A stretch of 64,000 bases of DNA. Source: Takakia lepidozioides. Its lineage: Eukaryota > Plantae > Bryophyta. This document shows, in pieces, positions 37,781 to 50,244 of this stretch (the stretch's first letter is position 1; each line of letters starts with the position of its first letter). The stretch is taken from NCBI GenBank assembly GCA_030704615.1, contig CM060731.1, forward strand, positions 744,001-808,000. Reading direction: 5' to 3'. Both the position numbers and the translations under genes were made by a program. Under the pieces are notes generated by a model. It saw only the letters and a program-made list of their open reading frames with translations. It was not told where the DNA came from and made no database searches.

Positions 37781-38563
37781 AGCTCCACCTTCTCCGTCTC
37801 CTCTCCTTCTCTGTCGCTTTGCGTAAACTTGTGCTGAATTCAGTGCCGCCAGACACATAGGATATCGGAACGTGACAACTTCCTGTGATTATTGCAAATA
37901 TGGGGCCGCACCAAGAACAAATGGGAGGTGCATTTGGCAGATGGCAGAATGCTGTCGATGGCTTGTTCTCATGATATTCTTGACGAAACGACATCAGCTT
38001 TTGTTCCTGGAGAGCTAGGTTCCATGAGCTGGCATCCCATGCACTAGTTCCCGGTGTACTTTATGTGGTCTGACGCTGAAGCACTGAATTGAATTTTCGC
38101 TATTGCGAGAATGCCATCTAGAACGGCCACGAACAGGGAAAAGATTGTGGGAAATTCATCTTCCAAACGAGCACGCCTGCCACCGCTGCATCACCACAAC
38201 ATTCTCGAAGGATTACGAGTATGCAGTGGCGAGAACACCCAGTGAGATATGTGAGAGGGCGATCCCACATTGGGGTCAAATTCAAAATATTCAACCTCCT
38301 TTCGATGTGAATAGGTACGTGTTGTGTTGCAAGGTCGATACGTCGATACCAAGTTTTGGTTTGTTTCAGGTTTGTGCTAGGGACGCTTAACACTTCCCGC
38401 ACTGAGGGGCAGTCCCTGCATTTGAGACCAAAATGAGAAGTTCACATTGCATTGTGAGATCCTCTTCCCACTCAGTACTCCATTAAAATTCCACCCCCAG
38501 ACTTGGATGCTTAACTTTTGACCCTAAGCGAAGGGACACTTTCGTGCATCCATGCTGCTAGCT

Positions 38564-39081
38564 TCAACAGCATTGCACGCAAGAACAAACCTGTCTATGA
38601 AGTGGTCAGAGCGGTTGGCATCCCAAACAATTACGGCTTGCTCATCTTTGAGATAATCTTCATGGCCTGTGGTAGTCACCACACTTTGGAAGGTTCCCCA
38701 TGATGCAGATAGGTGTACTAGGGGCTGTGCTCATCAGCACAAAAACAATGAGCAGCTTCTCACTGTGATGGCACAGAGAAATTTCTTCTGCTGCTGTGCA
38801 TTATGCAATTCAAAGCACGTGTCTACACAGCTGGCCTCCATCTGCCCAGACAATCTCTTCAGCTCAGCATGGATTCCCTCAACTTGTAGATGTGATTTGT
38901 CATCTACAACGAATGTATGCACCCGGAGTTCCACCCCAACGCAGCTGGGTTGGGGGTCCTTTCTGAGACCTCTGTCCTGCATCAGTTTTCGACCCTTGCT
39001 TCATGGGCCCACCTGCCAGCAGCAGCATAAATATTTGATAGAAGCACGTAGAGAATATTTGATAGAAGCGTCCTGTGCATC
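38564..39081 (-). pseudogene. Decayed E2/E+/DYW tail of the adjacent PPR gene
   Basis: Through frameshifts: YVLLSNIYAAAGRW; MQDRGLRKDP..RVHTFVVDDKSH..IHAELKRLSGQM; LCHHSEKLL; NL.KCGDYH; IVWDANRSDHF; VCSCVQCC*. Confidence 0.88.
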
Positions 39082-41175
39082 TCATTTAAGAAGGAACTTC
39101 ACCACGCGCTCTGCCACCCCCACATTGCCATGAATTCTACAGGCACCAAGCAAGGCCCCCCACACTGAAGCATCTGGTTCAATTGGCATTTTGTTAATTA
39201 AGTCGTCTGCATCATCCAAACACCCTGCACGACCAAGGAGGTCCACCATGCAGCCAAAATGCTCCATTGTAGGAGTGAGGCCATGATCTTGACCCATGCA
39301 ACCAAAGTAGTGACAGCCTTCATCAATTAGGCCCCCATGGCTACATGCAGAGAGAACACATATAAAGGTGGTACCATTCGGCTTGAAGCCTTCCTGTCGC
39401 ATGTGTTCAAATAGCACAAGGGCCTCCCTACCAAAACCTTGCTGACCATATCCTGCTATCATAGTGTTCCATGAAACCACACTTCTTTCAGCCATATTGT
39501 CAAACACTTGACGCGCATCCCTCATGTTCCCACATTTGGCATACATGTCGGTCAGGGCACTCTCCAAAATGATATCTGGTGCAATTTGAGCTTTGATGAT
39601 GTCTGCATGGACCTCTTTGCCATTCTCCAGGGCTGCTAGGCTGGCACACGCATTGACAACGCAAATGAATGTGACCTTGTCAGGCAGCACCTTTTCTCGT
39701 ATCATTTGCTCATATATCTCCAAAGCCTCCCTTCCACACCCATGCTGAGCATATCCTGCTATCATTGCAGTCCAGGTGACCACATCTTGTTGAGCCATAT
39801 TATCAAATACTTGTCGTGCGTCCTTCGTGTTCCCACATTTGGCATACATATCGACAAGTGCAGTCTCCAAAATGGTGCTATGTGCAACTCTAGCTTTGAT
39901 GATGTCTGCATGGACCTCTTTGCCCTTCTCTAGGGCTTCCAGGCTGGCACATGCATTCAGAACACAGCTGAAGGTGACCTGGTCAGGTGTCACCCCTTCT
40001 TGTATCATTTGCTCATAAATCTCCAAAGCCTCCCTACCATACCCATGCAGAGCATATCCTGCAATCATGGTGCTCCATGAGACTACATCTCGTTGAGCCA
40101 TACTGTCAAACACTTGCCTTGCATCTAGAATGCTCCCACATTTGGCATACGTGTTGACAAGGGTATTCTCCAAATTTATGTATGATGCAATTCCAGCTTT
40201 CACGATGTCAGCATGGACCTTTTTGCCCTCTTCCAGGGCTCCTAGACTGGCACACGCATTGAGAACACAAAGGAATGTAACCTTGTTAGGTGTCACCCCT
40301 TCCTGTATCATTTGCTCATACATCTCAAGAGCATCCCTCCCACCCCCATGCTGAGAGTATCCGGCAATCACTGAATTCCAAGAGACCACATTTCGTTGAG
40401 CCATGTTATCAAACACTTGACGTGCATCCTTTATGCTCCCACATTTAGCATACATGTCAGCAAGGGCAGTCTCCAAAATGATGTCTCTGGCAATTCCAGC
40501 TTTGATAATGTCACCATGGACCTCTTTGCCCATTTCCAGGGCTCTGAGGCTGGCACATGCCTTCAAAATGCAAATAAATGTGACTTTGTTGGGCACCACC
40601 CCTTCCCATATCATTTGCTGATACATCTCAAAAACCTCCCTTCCACAACCGTGCTTGGCATATCCTCCCATCATCGTAGTCCACGTAAACACATCCCGTT
40701 CAGGCATTTGGTCAAACACTTGGCGAGCATCAACTACGCTCCCGCACTTGGCATACATGTTGACCAGGTTGTTCAGTAGAAAGATGTTTGGCTTCAATCC
40801 CATAAAGGTCATATGTGCATGCACCTGCTTCCCCATTTCAAGGTCTTCCATTCTGATGCATTCCCGCAAAAGGCATCCGTAAGTATCAGAGTCTGCCGAA
40901 ATGCTTAGTTCGTTCAAAATATGCAATGCCTCTTTCAGTCGTCCTTCCTTACACAGCATCCTCACATCCCAACAAGTGCCACAAGAATTATTGTTGGGTG
41001 CCTCTCTTGCTCCTCTTCCAAAAGTAGTGACTATGGTGGAGGTGTAGGATTCAAACAATTGTGCTTGATTCAACCCTGCCATCCTGCATGACTCCAAACA
41101 GTTGCAAACCTTACCAGTAAATCTCACATTATAGATATCCAGGCTCCTCGATCCATCAAAGAAGAATTTCTCCAT
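39082..41175 (-). CDS. PLS-class pentatricopeptide repeat protein (17 PLS motifs plus E1), truncated before E2/DYW, 697 aa from the first ATG
   Basis: Uninterrupted intronless ORF with L-S-(P-L-S)4-P2-L2-S2-E1 motifs, ending WGALLGACRIHGNVGVAERVVKFLLK*. Confidence 0.92.
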   Translation of the reverse strand: MEKFFFDGSRSLDIYNVRFTGKVCNCLESCRMAGLNQAQLFESYTSTIVTTFGRGAREAPNNNSCGTCWDVRMLCKEGRLKEALHILNELSISADSDTYGCLLRECIRMEDLEMGKQVHAHMTFMGLKPNIFLLNNLVNMYAKCGSVVDARQVFDQMPERDVFTWTTMMGGYAKHGCGREVFEMYQQMIWEGVVPNKVTFICILKACASLRALEMGKEVHGDIIKAGIARDIILETALADMYAKCGSIKDARQVFDNMAQRNVVSWNSVIAGYSQHGGGRDALEMYEQMIQEGVTPNKVTFLCVLNACASLGALEEGKKVHADIVKAGIASYINLENTLVNTYAKCGSILDARQVFDSMAQRDVVSWSTMIAGYALHGYGREALEIYEQMIQEGVTPDQVTFSCVLNACASLEALEKGKEVHADIIKARVAHSTILETALVDMYAKCGNTKDARQVFDNMAQQDVVTWTAMIAGYAQHGCGREALEIYEQMIREKVLPDKVTFICVVNACASLAALENGKEVHADIIKAQIAPDIILESALTDMYAKCGNMRDARQVFDNMAERSVVSWNTMIAGYGQQGFGREALVLFEHMRQEGFKPNGTTFICVLSACSHGGLIDEGCHYFGCMGQDHGLTPTMEHFGCMVDLLGRAGCLDDADDLINKMPIEPDASVWGALLGACRIHGNVGVAERVVKFLLK

Positions 41176-41611
41176 GAGGAGAGGCTTGTTGCTGCATATT
41201 GAGAGTGACAAAACTACTCAAGTCATCTAGTTGAGGCTTCTTGAGGCTTCTTTGTCTCATGGTGTTGTGCTGGCACAATACCTCTTGTACTCTTGGCCTG
41301 GAGCTCCATGGTGTAAAGCACTGTTAGAACCATCCCCAGATTGTGTTAGACCTTATATGCAGGCAGCTAGAGCTTCTTTCACCCCTGAGAAGAACTCCCA
41401 CCAAGGCAGTTCTTTGCTCACTGGTTGAACCTGCATGCAAGAAGTAGAAGACCCTGGAACTATGTCAATTTAGGGTTGCCTGAGCCGCTTTGAGGACCCT
41501 AGTGTTTAACCATAGATCTCTAGCAGCTTGCAATCGACCTGAGTCTTATTTGAGGAGGGAAAGTGTAGGCTTTCCAGATAATTCACATCTTCATCTCTTT
41601 CTTTCTCTCTG

Positions 41612-43105
41612 GCATGGTCCACGCTGGTGAATTCTCAGCCGAGGTCCACAGCGAGTCAAACAGGGCTGCCCCCTTTCACCTACCCTGTTCGGGATCTACA
41701 TTGACGCTTTGGAGAATTACATATCAAAAAACCATGGGGTTGGGGTACCATTGGATGGGGGACCAACGCAATCAGATCTCCTCTACGCTGATGATGTTGC
41801 CCTTTTGGCACTATCTCCGGTCTTCCTGCAACGCCATCTCAAAATTTTGGAACAGTTCTGCAAAGACTAAGGGATGCAAGTCAATCTTAGCAAGACCAAG
41901 ATCATGGTCTTCAATGGCCAGGCTGATCGTAGATTCATCTTCAACCAGCAAGAAATTGAGATTGTGAAATCATACCGATACCTGGGTCTGGTTATCCACT
42001 CCCCCAAGTTTCACTTTGCAGCCACTGCCTTGGACAGATTGACTAAAGGTAAGGCGCCTCCGTCCGCCTTCAGGCCAAATGCAAGCAAATACATCTGCGT
42101 CATCCCCCAACCAAAAAGTGGCTGTTTGACACTGTCGTCAGCCCTGCTACCATCTATGGTTGTGAGTTCTGGGCACCTGGTGTCCCTGTCTCCTGGTGGG
42201 AAAAGAATTTGGAGCCATTACAGTCATCTTTTCTCCAAGCAATGCTTGGCGCCAGGAGCACAACTCCATCTCAGATCCTAGGGGCAGAGTTCGCATGTGT
42301 ACCATTGCAATCCGAGGCCCTCTTCCGGCTTACAATCTTTCTCCATAGATTACAGGCCCTTCCACCCAAGGGGCTCGTGGCAAGGGCCCTCACAACATCT
42401 ATGAGGCTCAAAGCTGCAGGTTTCAGGAACTCCTGGTATGCTCGAGTGGACAGTTTATTTCAACGTAACGGACTTTCTACTGCTTTCCTATTACCAATGA
42501 ATCCAGATGAGGTGGACATCACGTCCAGACATGACCGCAACAGACTCATTAGGAGAGAGCTTATGGAATTACATGTCCAGAGAACTTGGAAGCTACCCAA
42601 TCTCACAACAAAGCTCCACTTCTATCGAGAGACATTCTTGGTGCTCCGCGCCAATAGAATCTTGAGACCAAATTACCTTTCAGCATCCTTATCTCCTTCC
42701 CTCCTGAGGGAATTGGGGCGGTTCAGGGTGGGTTCCCACAACCTACGGATAGAGACTGGCAGATGGGAAAACCTGCAACGGGAGGACCGCCTATGTCCAG
42801 CTTGCATAGGGCGCAGCCAGGAAATCGAAACTGAAGAACACTTCTTCTTCTACTGCCCTCTATACTACGAGATCCGTGGGAGATTCCACTGTTTATTCAG
42901 TGGAACCCAAACTCTCACTGATGTCTTCCACTATGAGGATAAAAAATGCTTAGCAGCCTACCTGCACGAGGCCTTCACCCTTCGACATTCGCTAGAACAT
43001 TAATTGTGGTTTCTGGACTTGTTCCTCTCTCATGTTTCCATTTTGTCCCATAAGCTCTATGAGCTTTCCGCGGACGTTATAAAGTACCATTTCATTTCAT
43101 TTCAT
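41612..43105 (+). mobile_element. 5'-truncated LINE (RTE/RTEX-like) ORF2 with (TTTCA)n tail
   Basis: GVKQGCPLSPTLFGIYID; LLYADD; QVNLSKTKIMVF; YRYLG; RFRVGSHNLRIETGRW..REDRLCPAC..ETEEHFFFYC; microsatellite tail. Stops and frameshifts present. Confidence 0.9.
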
Positions 43106-44087
43106 CTCTGTGTATACCTTTAAAGTCTCTCTCTTACTCTCTGTTGGCAGCTGAGGCGTTCTTCTTTCTGATGCGCTTTTTGTCCTATAATGCATGAGAC
43201 CTTTGTGCAGCGCTTAGGCTGTTATTGGGTCTTTGTGACATTTTACTTTCCTTTCTTCCCTCTCTCGCTTAAGCCCGGTGACTGTGGGCTACAGCAACGG
43301 GGCTGAAATCAGTTTTCACCACTGCATGATATTCACACCCCAGAAGACTCAATTCCCTTCAACCGGCTGTTAGTTCACTGTGTACAAGCATTGAGGCTAT
43401 GGGGGCTGAGTTTTCATACCTGACGTTGAGAGCCTTGATAATCCGCGTGGGCTACGCCCTCCATGTCCAATGTTCGCGGAGGACGGTTGATGAGTACATC
43501 TCTCTTTGCGCAGATGAGTTTTCCAGAGACTAGAACACGAGTACAACATTTCGGGTATCAACAGAGGCTATGGCCTCATTCAAGACATGTGATCGTCAAC
43601 TTTTTTGATCAAGATGGTTGTAGTTTCAGCATTTACTTGTTTTGATTGATGGAGTTCTTATTACTCCATTTATCAACTTCCACCTATGGTGTGACCTAGT
43701 TAGCTTTGAATTTGTGATCAAAGACAAGTTCTAAGTACACATCGTTCTCATCGTTTACACATGTAGATGTCTTCCTCATGCATTGAAAGTCAAGTGTAAA
43801 GCTCAGCTTGGCAGGAAAGGATGCAGACGAATGCACTCTCGAGTATATAAATTTGTGAAACACCCGAGAGCTGTCGCTCACAAACCGGGCCTTTATTAAA
43901 CAGTGAAAGGAAAAATTAACATCTTTCGAAGCAACCTTGCCATGAGGAAGGCTCATGGGCCAGCCCCCAAAGGAAAGGGGTACCATGCGGCACGATTTCA
44001 ATCCGGCAACTATCCAACTGAGCTACCGATACAATCAGTTTGTGTGCTAAATGTACATAAACAAATGTGCATAATAAGGCTCAGAGC

Positions 44088-47000
44088 TCATTTTCTGCCG
44101 GCTTTCACAGACAGGGCTGCTTTCTTCATCTCTTGGAGGGCCTCCGCACAATTGTTCAGAATGGTCTCCGGGTCTGGAATGAGGTCCTTGGCTGCCATAA
44201 CCACCAAACTTGCCTTGCCCATGTAGCTCTGCAAGTATATGCAGAGAGACTGCACCCCACCAGAGCATCTATTAGTATACCAATGGAAAAGTCACGGAAA
44301 AAGGATACTTCTTCCTGCCACCCTACACCCTGAAAATCTGCTTTGAACATCTTTTGGTTAAATGAACTTGTAGCCTTTGACAAAATTTCATCACTCCTCA
44401 CCTGTGGGTGCCCAGAGGCAGTTGGAAAGATGTACACAATCGGGTTGCCACCAAACATGACAGGCTCAATGGGCCCTAGCACGTTTGATACCGAAAACGT
44501 GGTCTGTAGTGTTGCCTGGCGCGTGAGCTGTGTTGGGAGCTGCAGGGCACCACACACAAGTACATCAACATATTAAGAGCTGACAATGTCATAACCTGTG
44601 CGATAGAATATCGTAGTACTTACAATGCGTGACAATATCTTCCAATGTTGAGTTGTACTGAAGATGTATCAAGCTGCACGGAGAGGGATGCCTGGATATA
44701 TTCAAAACAATGTTTTGGCCTACCTCGAAGGAGGCACGGGACAAAAATGGCACGCCAAACCAGGATCAGAGCGGAAAGGACTATACAAACGCAAAAGCAC
44801 CGAACTGAACAACCACCACACATATAAAGAGAGCAAGAAAGGAAGGTGAGGCCGTACCCAAGGCCCTGTGAGGGTCATGAGCAGCGATCCACTCCAATAT
44901 GTGAAAATGCCTTCCAACGATGTCTTCTTGCGGTCACCGATTTTCTTGGCCATTCGTACATGATCAAGTGGGTCATCACATTGTCTCAACGGAATTGGAA
45001 TGATCAGATAGCCCATGTGGTTCCCCCACCGTAGTTGAGCATCCCCCTCCATCATCGATTGCAGCTCCTTCAAGGACACACAAAAATCATCATTGGAGAT
45101 GAATGCATGACCTTCAAAAGAAATTATGTACACCACCTTCAAGCAATGTACAAATAACATTATTTCATTATACTCAGATCCAGATCACCTAGCCTCAAAG
45201 ATTCGCGCAGGAAATTATAAGATCTATACTCGTGTATACTTGCAGGCCTGGTGATCCTCTGGTGTTCATCATGGCTGCTGCTCGTATTCTGAGTCGTTCT
45301 AGTTTTGGAATTTTCTCCGTTGGTTGCTTGCTAACCACATTTCCTGAAAAACTCTGTCTCGATACCACGTCTTGAATCTCTTTCTTTCCCTGCTCCCCGT
45401 CTTCATCTGTCGGAAAAACAGCCGGTCAAAAACCTTACGTGCATGATCGTCACTATTCATGGTATAAGTTTGTACCAGTTGACGATCTACCTAGACCCAG
45501 CTTGCACATACTCTCAAGTTCAGATTGATGTCCAGAATTATAACTACAGTTATTCTGAATGAGTACTTGGAAGAGTTACTTTGGTCAGCGTTTATAAGTA
45601 GTAGAGATCCTCGAGCCTCCATGCTTCATAGACTGCTAGCTTACAAGAAAGTCATATATTACATGGATCAGTTGACCGCAAAGTTTCGCGCTGGAGAACA
45701 AGCTTGCAATTTCTCAAGGCCCCACAGAAGTACGGCCACAGGATTCTATACTTGATATATTGACAGGTCTAAAACACCATTTCGTGTATGGATAAAGAAT
45801 TAAACACATACCCACTTGCTTGATTGGAGCCCCCTCACTATACCGGCCCTGCAAATAGCGGTGGAGTCCCGACGCGACCATGCCCATGAGGACATCATTC
45901 ACTGTCTGTCAAGGCCCATCACCCAGTTTTCACAGTTACAGTCAAGCCTTCAATAAGATCAAATCAAGAATCTAGGTCTACAAAAGATGTGAACGCTCGG
46001 TAATTTAAGCCAAAACCTGGTTAGAGGGGCGCTGTGGACAGGGAAAGGAGAAGTATGAGAAGGCGGAAGGAGTTTAGCTGAGTTACTTCTAACCAACCAT
46101 CTCCATAACCTGGAGCGCGTCAATGTACAACTACCAATTATCTAGTACTGTTTGCTGTTCACTCGTTGTTCACACATCACAAGCATATCCCACATGTGGT
46201 AGAATCTATGTACTTAACTCGATCTTGACATTCTTGTTTCTAGATATTGTCAAACTTTGCTTCGGGAGTACTTTGTTGACTTCTGTGGAGTTGCGTGCAT
46301 ATAACTTCAAATGATCTGGAAGAGAATTACATACCCCGTTAATGACGTCTTTCACCAAACGCATATCATCGATGTTGATGATGGTAAACACAAGCCGCTT
46401 AGGCAGTAGCTCCACTCCCGAAAATCCCTTCATAGGAGAGTCACTGTCTCTCAACCACAGAATCGTTACGAAAAAGTAGGCGACACCCAAGATAGTATTC
46501 CACGCGATGATAAGCAGCTTCCAAATGTTTCTCAACACTGAATTGATCTGCCCCACAACGCGGTCTTTCTTGCTAATCTCGGGCCTCCTTCCACCATCAA
46601 CCTCGCATGTAGCTGAATTCTTTGAAGCAACATTTACGGAACGTTTCTTGGATGGGATAGAGGGGAGCATGTCAGGGCTATCCACCCGCCGAGTGCACGC
46701 CAATAAAAGAGACATGAGAGATGTCCCATCTCCTAAAGAATGATGCACTCGGAGAATAGCATGGGCGGACGCCTCGCCAGATGTTCCATTCAGCACATGA
46801 CACTCCCAAAGAGGGCGTGAGGTGTCTAAGGGAAGAGCATTTGCAAGTTTAGCAACATACTCTTCAGCAAAAGATGGGGCTGCAAGATCAGATGGGCTAA
46901 GTCCTGGTGGCTCAAAGACATGGGCGTTGATGTCCACCTCTGTTCGCACCCAGACATCTGTCCCTTGTTTGTTCTTCGTCTGCAAAACAGTTTACCCCAG

Positions 47001-47585
47001 CTAGCTTTATCACCAAGACGTATGCGGACACTTACCATCTAAAGTCCATAGTTTGAGATCTCCGAGCGCTTGACTAATTTCAGTTTTGAAGTGGGAACGT
47101 TGAATCTCGTACACAGCTTATATTGAAAAAGAAAACAATTTAATCTACTCCTGCAAGGACGTCTTCGAGTCGTGTACACGCACATGATCATGTAAAGCCA
47201 AAATCACCTCAAGCTTCCTCCTAGAACCTGATTGTTCAATTAGCAACTAGTACTTACAAGCTCGGATATTATGTGGGTCCTAGTACTTACAAAGCTCGGA
47301 TATTATGTACACCCATGAGATACCTACCATGAGACTGTGGAAGCGCTTGTGCTTGATAAGAGTTTCCTTCAAGGTCTCCTTAAACTCTGGCAAATTGATG
47401 CGATTCTTGAACCCGAGGGTGCACATGATAACGCAGCACAAATCAGGCCGAGAGAATAGTCTTCCAGCTGGTGTCACTGGCTCTTCTGCCTCCATTTCAT
47501 CGTGTGATCTAGATGAACCATTGGGCTTTGTGCGAATGCGACGGAGCCTCAATCCTGCTTCTGAGATCCCTCCTTCTGACCCCAT
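44088..47585 (-). CDS. Wax ester synthase/diacylglycerol O-acyltransferase (WS/DGAT, WSD family)
   Basis: Exons 47585-47328, 46979-46335, 45905-45839, 45406-45240, 45067-44858, 44539-44402, 44249-44088 join in frame. EEPVTPAGRLF, LDTSRPLWECH, catalytic HHSLGDG, TVNDVLMG, RWGNHMG, SNVLGP. Confidence 0.95.
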
Positions 47586-48662
47586 CCTTTACGCTGTTTC
47601 TCTGGCCTCAATTCAGAGATCTATAAGAAACAAGTTTCTTCCTTCTCTCTCCTCTCCTTCCTCTCAATGAATGCTTTCTTGCCTAGCACCGCCGTCACTC
47701 GATAGTTTCTAGTATATTTTGACTCTAGGCTGAGCTGCCCTACACCACAGTACTGTGTTTCTCTCTCAGCTGCAAAACTGTGAGTGGCTAGCGAAAGGGA
47801 ACTTATTAGCAACTTTATAGTTTCCTTCCGATAGAATACTTTATCTTTAGAACATTGAAGTTACTTTTCCTTTATCTTTAGATAAAAGCGCCCTCTTTAG
47901 CTCTCGGGCAGAGAGCCCTGTTTTTTGGTCTCTTGGACTTTCCTCCACTCTGAGGTGTTTGGCTCCTGGATCGCTGATCGACGAAGAGGTGGATAGAGGG
48001 CAGTGGATGTAGAGGCACGGTGTTTTGTTCTACAGACTTAATCTCCATTGGGAGATGATTGGGTCATAATACACTGAATACGGTGTGTGTGCCTTATGGC
48101 GACAAGGGGGTTTTAATTTTTTTTCCCCACAATAATTATTAATAAAGTAATCAGGAAAAAAATTAAAAAGAAAAGAAAAAACGCCTCTCATTTTACAATA
48201 ATTGGGACGTTATGGTGCACGAGCGAGCTGACCGGTGGGCCCCACACACGGACGCCCGGCTCCACGGACCCGCGCCCGCTGCTGCGCCCATCTGCTACCC
48301 CCAGTCTAGCAGTCGCGCGCGGCCGAAGCATCTAGATCGTCCATTCTGAGATAAACCCATCCACGCCAGTCCGCTGTGTCAGTTCCGGCCAGTCCACCCA
48401 ACAGTCTGCCCGCCAGTCCGCCGGCCATGAGTCCGCTTTCCTCCAGTCCACTGATGATGCCGCATCTAGACCGTCCGTTCGTAAATGCCATCTGAGCCCT
48501 CCATTTTTAGGGCATGAATTCAAACCTTATCCCTGCTGCTTGCCACTTGCCAACAGCCACGAACGTGCGCACTGATCCTCCTTGCACGTTGTCCATCGTG
48601 TCCAGTACACTGCAGCGCGTTTCTTGCAGGTTCTGAAGCGTGTCCTCTGTACTGTACAGGGC

Positions 48663-49822
48663 ATGGACGTGGAAGCAGAAGACGACGATATACTGAAAAC
48701 GGGAAGCTGGATTATACAGCCTCTTCGACAAAGTTTGCAAACACCCAAACCAGGACCCTTCAACACGAAGGACCTCCATTGGAAGAGAGACACGCAATAT
48801 GGTTATATGGGTGCGCGACAGAATGTTCAGAAGGCCTGCATACCGTGGGATAGAATTGATGACTTTCTCCTTGGAGAGGAGAGTTTGGTGGACTACCCCA
48901 CTCAGTTTTGGGTGAATGTCCATACTAAAGTGCAACCCAGCATGCTAAAAGAGCCGAGAGCCAACAGTTTTCTGAACAATATCATGTGTGTACTATCCTC
49001 ATCGTCATTTTGTAGTCTGATTGCATGTCTGTTGCCATTTTTTGTACCCACGTACTGTGATTTCATGCTTCCAGAAGTTGATGGATATCGATTGTGATTT
49101 TTATTTCCAGGTATCAGTGTTGCTACGGTCCAGATGACAAGCGCACCAATAATGCGATAGTGGAGGATCCCAAACTGAAACGTGGAGGACCTCTTGTGGG
49201 TGCTGGAACATCTCACCCTCATAAAGGCCCAAGGAGAAAGAAGTCGGAATATGGAGAGTCTTACAAGCGTGGTTGTCAATGCTGTTTCAAGGTCCAGCAA
49301 TGTTATCTCGCCCCTGACATTTGTGTCCTCACGTACTACAACAACTGGAGCATACAGACGCAAAAGGGAACGCTTGTCATGGGAAGTCTGCTGAGTTCAG
49401 GAACACTCGTCACGCCTATGCACCACACATTAGCGAGGAATTGAAAACATGGGTCATGGAGTGTCTGTGCCAAAGCCTGTCAGTCGCCCAAATCATGATG
49501 GAACATAAAGAGCACGTCATAAACAACACCGGGTTGGGGGATGCATGGACACGGAACGATTTTTTGTTGGAGCAGGATGTGCGCAACCTGGCCGAAAAAC
49601 GGGCGTGGCAAACGTTCAAAAAACATGCCAAGGATGCGGAGAGTATCCGCATATGGAAAGACCAAAACCCGAAATCTTCTATCAAGAGGAGAAATTGGCG
49701 CCAACACTCAAGCACTACGATTGTGACTTAGCATTCACAATCGGCATACATATTACAGATTGAGTGGCAAAAGAAGCGAATGCTTCAATTAGGCCATGTC
49801 CGTATCGTTGCATGCGATGCAA
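48663..49822 (+). mobile_element. MULE/SWIM-type transposase, N-terminal half (degenerate)
   Basis: IPWDRIDDFLLGEE; |intron|YQCCYGPDD; KRGCQCCF; EHTDAKGNACHG; APHISEELK; LLEQDVRN; DAESIRIW; MLQLGH..IVACDAT, where it is cut (first DDE Asp). Confidence 0.75.
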
Positions 49823-50244
49823 CCCCCACAGACGACCCTATTCACATCGCCCATACCCACCCCTTCTGGCTCATACACCCCGTCCCTGATCCCCCCGCAC
49901 CTCGGCCAATTCGTAATCTCATGACCACTCTCACCCGTGAAGCTAACAAACAAGCCGCAGCTTCTCTAAGCCATACTAAAGTACACATTCAAAAATGGAC
50001 CCGGTCTACTGTACTCCACCACAAGCTATCAAACTATGTTTGGCACACCAAAATCGCTACTGACGCGCAAATCCGACAAACACTCAAATTCAGAGATGCC
50101 CAATACATGGGCCATCAGCGCAAGCATATCTTCTAGCCACACCTCTTCCCATCCCCATACTGCCCATTATGCTCAAGTATTCATTACGCGCGTGACACCT
50201 AGCCACACCTTCTCAGCCAATGTACCCACCCAGTCATCCATGGC
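49823..50244 (+). mobile_element. LINE ORF2 C-terminal zinc-knuckle fragment
   Basis: QTLKFRDAQYMGHQRKHIF*PHLFPSPYCPLC......DT*PHLLSQCTHPVIHG. Confidence 0.6.

Noticed and set aside
38564-38990. DYW:KP-type (putative U-to-C) deaminase variant
   Set aside because: Both DYW remnants have HSEK and the PG-box region reads RKDP rather than KPA..; the odd C-terminus (VQCC) is explained by decay.
20672-47585. Biosynthetic gene cluster (MTHFR, methyltransferase, WS/DGAT)
   Set aside because: Unrelated pathways interspersed with housekeeping genes; no signature scaffold enzyme.
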